64,000 bases of DNA from Tubiluchus corallicola. Its lineage: Eukaryota; Animalia; Priapulida. The stretch covers positions 372,001 to 436,000 of the forward strand of contig JAQGDQ010002368.1 of assembly GCA_030141605.1 (NCBI GenBank), read 5' to 3'. Both the position numbers and the translations under genes were made by a program. Of the stretch, positions 57,701 to 64,000 are shown piece by piece. Position 1 is the stretch's first letter; each line of letters begins with the position of its first letter. The notes beneath the pieces were generated by a model. The model had not been told where the DNA came from. It made no database searches and saw nothing but the letters and a program-made list of their open reading frames with translations.

Positions 57701-60700
57701 AACCTTTTATTAAACCACTTTGACTAGTCCTGCAACAATTCTTTCTATATTTACCCATTTGTATTTGTCATTTATAAGTTTTGAAGAAACTTACTGCAAT
57801 TCAAAATAAACTTGACATGTTCTAATCTCAGTCTAATCTCAGTCTGCTTTATGTCATTCTTGTATGCTTACTTGCGGTCCAATAACACAGAATCAAGAAA
57901 ATCAGTAGTACAGAAGCTAAAACTCACCTAATTCCACGGGCAACAGCAGTATTCTTTAAAATGACATCAACATCGTTTATACACTTAGCAGCAAGAAGAG
58001 CTCTTGTCACAAAAACAGATGCTGTAAAGAAACAAAAAAATTTTAGAATAAGCCTGAAAAGATACAGAGTGATTTTTATTAAAAGTAGGTAGTGATTACA
58101 ACTCATGTTTAGTTATAAAAATCAATTTTCAAGCAAAATGATGCTTACGAATTTTTCCTCGGGCAAAACCTTTAGGTGCCATCGTATTTATGGTATAGAT
58201 AACTCCATACTTGTTGAAGCTCATGCAATAACCAGGAAGAAATCCAGGATATATAAATGAAGTAAAATTTTCTTCAACCACAGCAAACTTTCCCCTTGGT
58301 GATGAGCTTATTATATGTGCCTGGACCACCGCACAATTGTACTCAAATGCCAAGCATGCATCTTCTGTATGACCCATACCAAGCTGTAAACATATAATAT
58401 ACATACGTGGAGAAGGGTTCAAAAGGTATGCTTCTCCCTTCTCTCATAACAATCGCTGCTTTTATTAGTAAGACTTACGTAACTGCTAAAAAAATTTTAA
58501 GTTAGCAACTCTTGTATATGTTCCATATATGCAACACTTCCGTATTTGCAAATAACTGTTACTAAAAAATAAATTACGGTATCTAATGTAATACCAGCAG
58601 GAATACAGAGAATTTGTGTGGACTCTGTATAAAATAACCATGAAAAAACTATGCCAAACAAACAGGATAATGCACTTGTTTTTCTAAAATTGCAAAGTTT
58701 TGTTAATATTCACACAAGAAACAGAAGATGTTCACACATTTCTACAAAGAACTTGTCCACCAGAAATGAAATGAAAATAGCGATAATTGCACTTTCGGAT
58801 AAGTTTCGATTACGGCGAAATTTATTAAATTTCGTAGTGGAAATTTCCGATAATTTTCCATAGCATTTTCTGTGCTTTTACTAGTACTTATCCAATTTAT
58901 CTTTTGTTTTCTCCTAGTTATGAAAAATTGCTGAAAAATCTTGGCTAAATTAGTTCAAATAAAGCAAAAATTTCGTTTGTATAACATTTTGTGATATGCT
59001 TTTACCGGCAATGCAGCATGTCTTCAGTGCTGATGACTACAAAGTTTTAGGGTCTCCAGGCCCAATCAACCGAAATACCACATTTGAATTTACTTAGCAA
59101 AATCACGTTTTTTTTATAATTTGTGAAATATCTACAAATTAAAGTTTGTTTATTTTTAACGAAAAGTTAAGATATTTAAATATTAATCATTAAGGATACT
59201 TAAATAAAAAGATATTATAACACATTTCTAAGGTAAGCCACTCCATCAAACTTGAGGTTCTATACTATAAAACATCTTTGTCCTTTTTGTATTAGAATTT
59301 TTCATCAGTAATTTTGCATCACAGCAAATGAAAGCAAACAAACAAAAAACAAATTTTTTTATTTATTTTAGAGTTTTTTTAAGCTTTAATAGTAGTTAGT
59401 TTTGCAAAAATGTTTTGGTAATCTATGTTTCATAAATTTCGGTCTGTAAGTTCAGTTTCGGTAACATCCCTGTTGTCCACCATAAATAACTGAAACATTA
59501 AGTTCATTGCTTATTAGTACTTTACGGTAGTTGAGAGGATGCTGTTAAGAATGCATACGTATCAATGATGTTCACTGTTCAAGAACAGTCCTTCAAAGAT
59601 TTACGATGTCACTGTGACGACCACTGGCACCATTTTTGACTGTCTATGGTGTATTGTATAAAAGAATAAATAGTTTTGTCAGGAATGCAAAATAGGCGTT
59701 GCCTTTTACTTTATCCGAGCACGCCAGAGTTCATCACATGTGGATAAAAACAATTTTTAATACTAATTTTTTAAGGCAAGGGGTTTTTATCCAGACTTTT
59801 TTAACGAGGGTCCTAGTAGTTTGATTAAAACTGATGCTATTTTAGGCCATTATAATTTGTACTTAGAAATGACGAGGACGAACAGGAGGACAAACAAACG
59901 TTATTGCTTTTTTTATAAAAAAAACGTGTAAAAATTATTTAGTGGCAATTTCAAAAATAATATTTCTACAAATCACTTACATACATACATATAACGAAAG
60001 AATTCAGTTAACCCCATCCCAGGTATAATAGGAAGAGAGGAGAGGATAATTACCGAAGAGTTCCATTGTCGCTGCAGCTGTACCAATGGGCTAGCCTCAG
60101 GTCGTGATACCGTGGGTCCAGTTATCCAGGATCACATCTCAAGAATCAAGAAACCACACTGCTGGGGCTCACGCATTGCAGACTCCACCACCAGAGGGTT
60201 AGAAACAAGGATCCAGGGTCTCGAAACGTCTCCGTTTACTCCTATACTGTAGGAGTCAGCAAATGACGGAGGAAAGGAGAAAAGTTCCTCGTTCCCAGTC
60301 TTCAACTAGGCAACCTCCTTAGGCAGTTCCAAACTCCACCCAACAACCGTCATGATCTACGTGGCCAGATTACGAACACGACGAAGTTTCCTGCAAACTA
60401 GTAACACTGCCTAGGAACCGTCTGGTTTCCTCTCAGAGAAATTTGATTACACTGAGAACACCAAAACTAGCGAACTCATTATGAGATCTCAAAAGTTATG
60501 AGATCTCAAACTTGCTGCCACAAAACGTGTGCTTCCAACGCAGCTTAAAAACCCGTAATGGCGGCAATAAGGAAAAATCACGGTTCAATGCTTTTCCAGG
60601 AGCGCGAAAATTATCCTGTAACCATTCAAGACATGTGACAGGAAGATCGCCATCAAACAGGGAAAAGGGGAGAGGTATTAAAGGATGGGCAGAAAACCAA

Positions 60701-63175
60701 CCCAAACATAAAACAGAAATGAATATTTTATTTGGAGTACAAAATGAACTTTAGCATAATTTTAATACGGACGAGGACGTCTGTGACGTCACAGTCACAT
60801 ATACTACAATTTACCTGCCCTGGGCTATTCAAGTACACATCTGTACAACCAGCTATACCATGACTCTCAGGAGCATGTTTTGATATCTTTGTAGATTTAT
60901 CCAAGTCAAGTGGAATACTTTCATAGTCAATATCCAGATCAATGATAGATAAAAAGATCTGCAAAAATAATAATGTTTAGAGGCAAACTGCTAACCGTAT
61001 TAAAGTACCAAAGTAACTCTACGCTAGAGTCACACTTTATCCTAAGCTGATTTCTCATCATTGAATAAACAACAATTTTGAGAACAGCAGTCAGTGCATG
61101 CTTTCAAAAAAATATTTCAATCCTAATATGGCCAAAGTACAACTAAACGACTTGTATATTCCTAAATATTAATTTATTCACTTCCACATATATATATATA
61201 TGAACATTTTTCTAAACAGTATGATTCCATTTTATGGGGGCTTGGAGTATTTTACAGAAGCTTGTACCTGTATATAGAGTAATGAGTGTACACAAACCTT
61301 TTCAAAAGGTTGTTCGCTTCCATCACAAATGCCTTGAAGTTCCTCCACGTACTGCGGAAATGCATCGTTTGCTGCATCAAAAAACTCACTGTATATCTAT
61401 AAATGAAATTATGTGCATGTACTGTAATCTACGTAGGATGACACTGGAAATCTATTAGCACTTAGCACCAATTACGTCAAAACTAAAACTTTTTATTCAG
61501 GGTTTCACACAGTTGTAGCTTTGCTTCAAAACAAACAACCCATATGTTTAACTCAACTCCTACAGTAGCAATATCACTCTGAATTTATTTGTTTATAAAA
61601 AATAAAACACACCTGCTGTAAATTTACAGACTCATTACTGAAATAGATTTTACATACCTACATCTACATAAAAATATTTATTCTTGATATCTCATTGAAT
61701 AAATAAAAATGAAAATAAAAAACTATTTCTCTGAAAATATTGTGGTATAATAAAACGTATTCTGCTAATTGCAAGAATAAAATTTTTATTAATTAACTAA
61801 AATGTTCAGACAAAATTTTATGACACATTTTTGGTTTTAACTATTTATTACACGCTAACGCCACAACCTAACAAGTGACATAATAAAATAACCATGAAAC
61901 GCAAACAGTAACATGGAATTATAGCTAAACAATAAACAATTTTAACTTATTCATTGACAATACAAAATTAACATGAGTAGAAGCAGGCTTATTTCTGATT
62001 GGCACACGATGAAGACTAGTTGTTTTTTAATCAAGCAGCATCCTTCCTTCCTCTGTGTATCCTGTACAAGATGTTACTCCCTACCAGTAGCTTTCTACAT
62101 TACATATAAACATGTGCCTAACAATCCTGTAAATATAATGTTCCACCAACAGCTACACAAGATGGCTATGTTCCAATATCTTCACTATCTTCAATAACTT
62201 CATTAACAATCTCGCTAACTACCAAGTAGTCTACAACTGTAACATTAACCATCCAGATCATATCAGCACTTCACATGCCACAAAACCAATTTAACTCCAG
62301 AATATCAATTACAATAACAAGTCAATTGTTTGCGGAGAAAAAGATGTTATCAGTTTGAAATTTTAGCTACGAATAATGCTTATCTGACAAAATAACCATT
62401 ACATTATACCTAGAGAATGCACAATAAGCTTTGAAGGACATTGTATTTGCTAACATCTTGTAAACATCCTTTTGTTGAGGGTATGACTAATCACTAACTC
62501 GTGACGTGACACAGCAGAAAACATAAACAAGCCATTAGCTTATTTGATATTACAGATAGTAAATATAATAAAATAATAAATCATTAATCTTCATTTACAT
62601 CACTATTTGAAACAAATCTTAGTTAATTAGCTACAATAATAATTTGATACTAAAAACAGTAATGCACAATAGGTCACACACCTTCCTCCCCAAGTCACTG
62701 TCAATAAATTTCAGAAAGTAGTCAATATCCGTATTAACTTTGTAGAAATCAGAAATTTGTTGCTTGAACGTCTTTCCCTGAAAATACTTCCTAAAAAATA
62801 ACTCAACAATGGTACATAATTAATAAACATAGTTGATTTACATAACAAGTAAAAAGTGAGAAAATATATTAATGACAGCCTTTGGCTAAGGCTAGTCAAA
62901 ATTCTGGCAATTAATGAATTAGTTAAATAGTTAATCTTAGTTGGGTCAGAACTATAATTTTTCACAAATACGAAGCACGTTTAACTCATGTATTTCTGGT
63001 CTAGATGAGCTCCCAGTCAAGGCAAAAACCATCAGCTTTAATTCTAGAAACTACAGTCATTACAAATTACACACAATTAAAGAGAACTTGACAAACTTAC
63101 TATAGCAAACCCAACATCATAATAGCCACCAGAAGCATGAAGAACTGGCAGAAACAAAGCTTGAGCTGACAACAT
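51746..63175 (-). CDS. Peptidase C45 family Ntn-hydrolase (tan-like), paralog 2, 9 exons, ~392 aa
   Basis: Exons 63175-63101, 62777-62682, 61396-61298, 60958-60815, 58383-58149, 58021-57928, 56533-56393, 53101-52908 and 51846-51746; frame intact (1179 nt). Same intron positions and phases as paralog 1. Motifs G|CTD, GHTEDA, LPGYCMSFNKYG, YHCN, YPIFR. Confidence 0.9.
54320..54690 (-). mobile_element. Solo, diverged, inverted partial copy of the 45991-49897 array unit in intron 7 of C45 paralog 2
   Basis: Reverse complement of the unit's 3' part (gggtccgggaaaa.gccc..., cctactacaccca, agaggtataagttt, cttcgtttgatatatagatc..aatggtgcc..gctgtagc..gaatcttata). Confidence 0.8.
55105..55512. repeat. 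GT-rich degenerate (GGTGT)n low-complexity tract
   Basis: Directly visible. Confidence 0.8.
60010..60500. mobile_element. GC-elevated intronic insertion, possibly a non-LTR retrotransposon 5' fragment
   Basis: Abrupt compositional shift within an AT-rich intron; no diagnostic protein motif seen. Confidence 0.25.
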
Positions 63176-64000
63176 GACCACTAAATCTACTGGCTTTTTC
63201 TTCGTAATCAATTACAAAATCATTCAAATTGTGCATATCAGTAGCTAAACAAACTCTGACTTTTCACTTTGCTGGTGAAAGAACTTCTCAGATAGACTGC
63301 AACTGTCTGAAGCAAGCAAGAGCAAGACATGTCTCTGAAAGCATAAAATACGGTATTCTCAAATTTTCCTAAAGATGTGTGAAAGGCACAAAAATCACCA
63401 AAGAAACGGATTGTTTTCAAAACTAACGATTTCTTCCACTCCCTTTCTCAATTGACGTTGGCTCGTTAACTTTGGTTTTTCGCCACCCTTTCTCTATTAA
63501 TTTTGTATTTTTGTGCATTTATTTTTATATGTTATATAAAAATGTAAAACAATAAATTAACAACCTTATCTAACCTAATCTTTTTCATCTTATCATTATG
63601 CTCCTAGTCCTAGACAATTGTTCTAGAGTTTAGACGTGTTTTCTCTTTCTTGGTATAGTTTGCTCAAGTCCCAAGCGAAATTAAAATAAAATTTCGAATG
63701 CGAAAAGTCTTCTGTGCTCTGATATCAGTAAGAACCACAGCGTTAGTAATTTAAGTTTAACGAATTATTAAAAATCCGAAATACAGCTCTGATGTTAGGT
63801 CCTCAAATTTGATCAGCACCTGGGCGGCTCATCATCATTAGGTAGTTACTGGGCAGAGAAATTCTAAAACTGTCACCAAGTCAGGCAAACACAACGATAA
63901 TACAGCAAAGAAGTAGACACTGCTAAAGTCTGCTATGCTACTGGCTTGTCAGCATTCACTGTTGTAGGGCGCCGAGTAACCCACTAGCCGAAATAGGACA

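Overview
AT-rich, intron-containing animal (invertebrate-like) genomic DNA; it is not prokaryotic, so most ORF-track entries are single exons or noise. I built gene models by hand from GT..AG sites and intron phase. (1) 0-17 kb: a cluster of four apparently lineage-specific genes, three with signal peptides. It comprises a convergent paralog pair sharing a ~49-aa C-terminal domain I do not recognise, and two tandem two-exon genes for Tyr/Arg/Thr-rich repetitive proteins, one with alternating RRVYIRR and Asp-rich blocks. (2) A seven-exon NSE3/MAGE gene (19846-27337, +). (3) Two nine-exon peptidase C45 (tan-like Ntn-hydrolase) paralogs on the minus strand (27658-33330 and 51746-63175); the second has a tandemly duplicated, still-open last exon. 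(4) A repeat-dense interval between the paralogs: a 78-bp higher-order minisatellite derived from a LINE CCHC zinc knuckle, a Gmr1-order (integrase before RT) Gypsy fragment, a five-unit array of a Helitron-like element, long inverted-repeat elements and microsatellites. No rRNA, tRNA or CRISPR array was seen.
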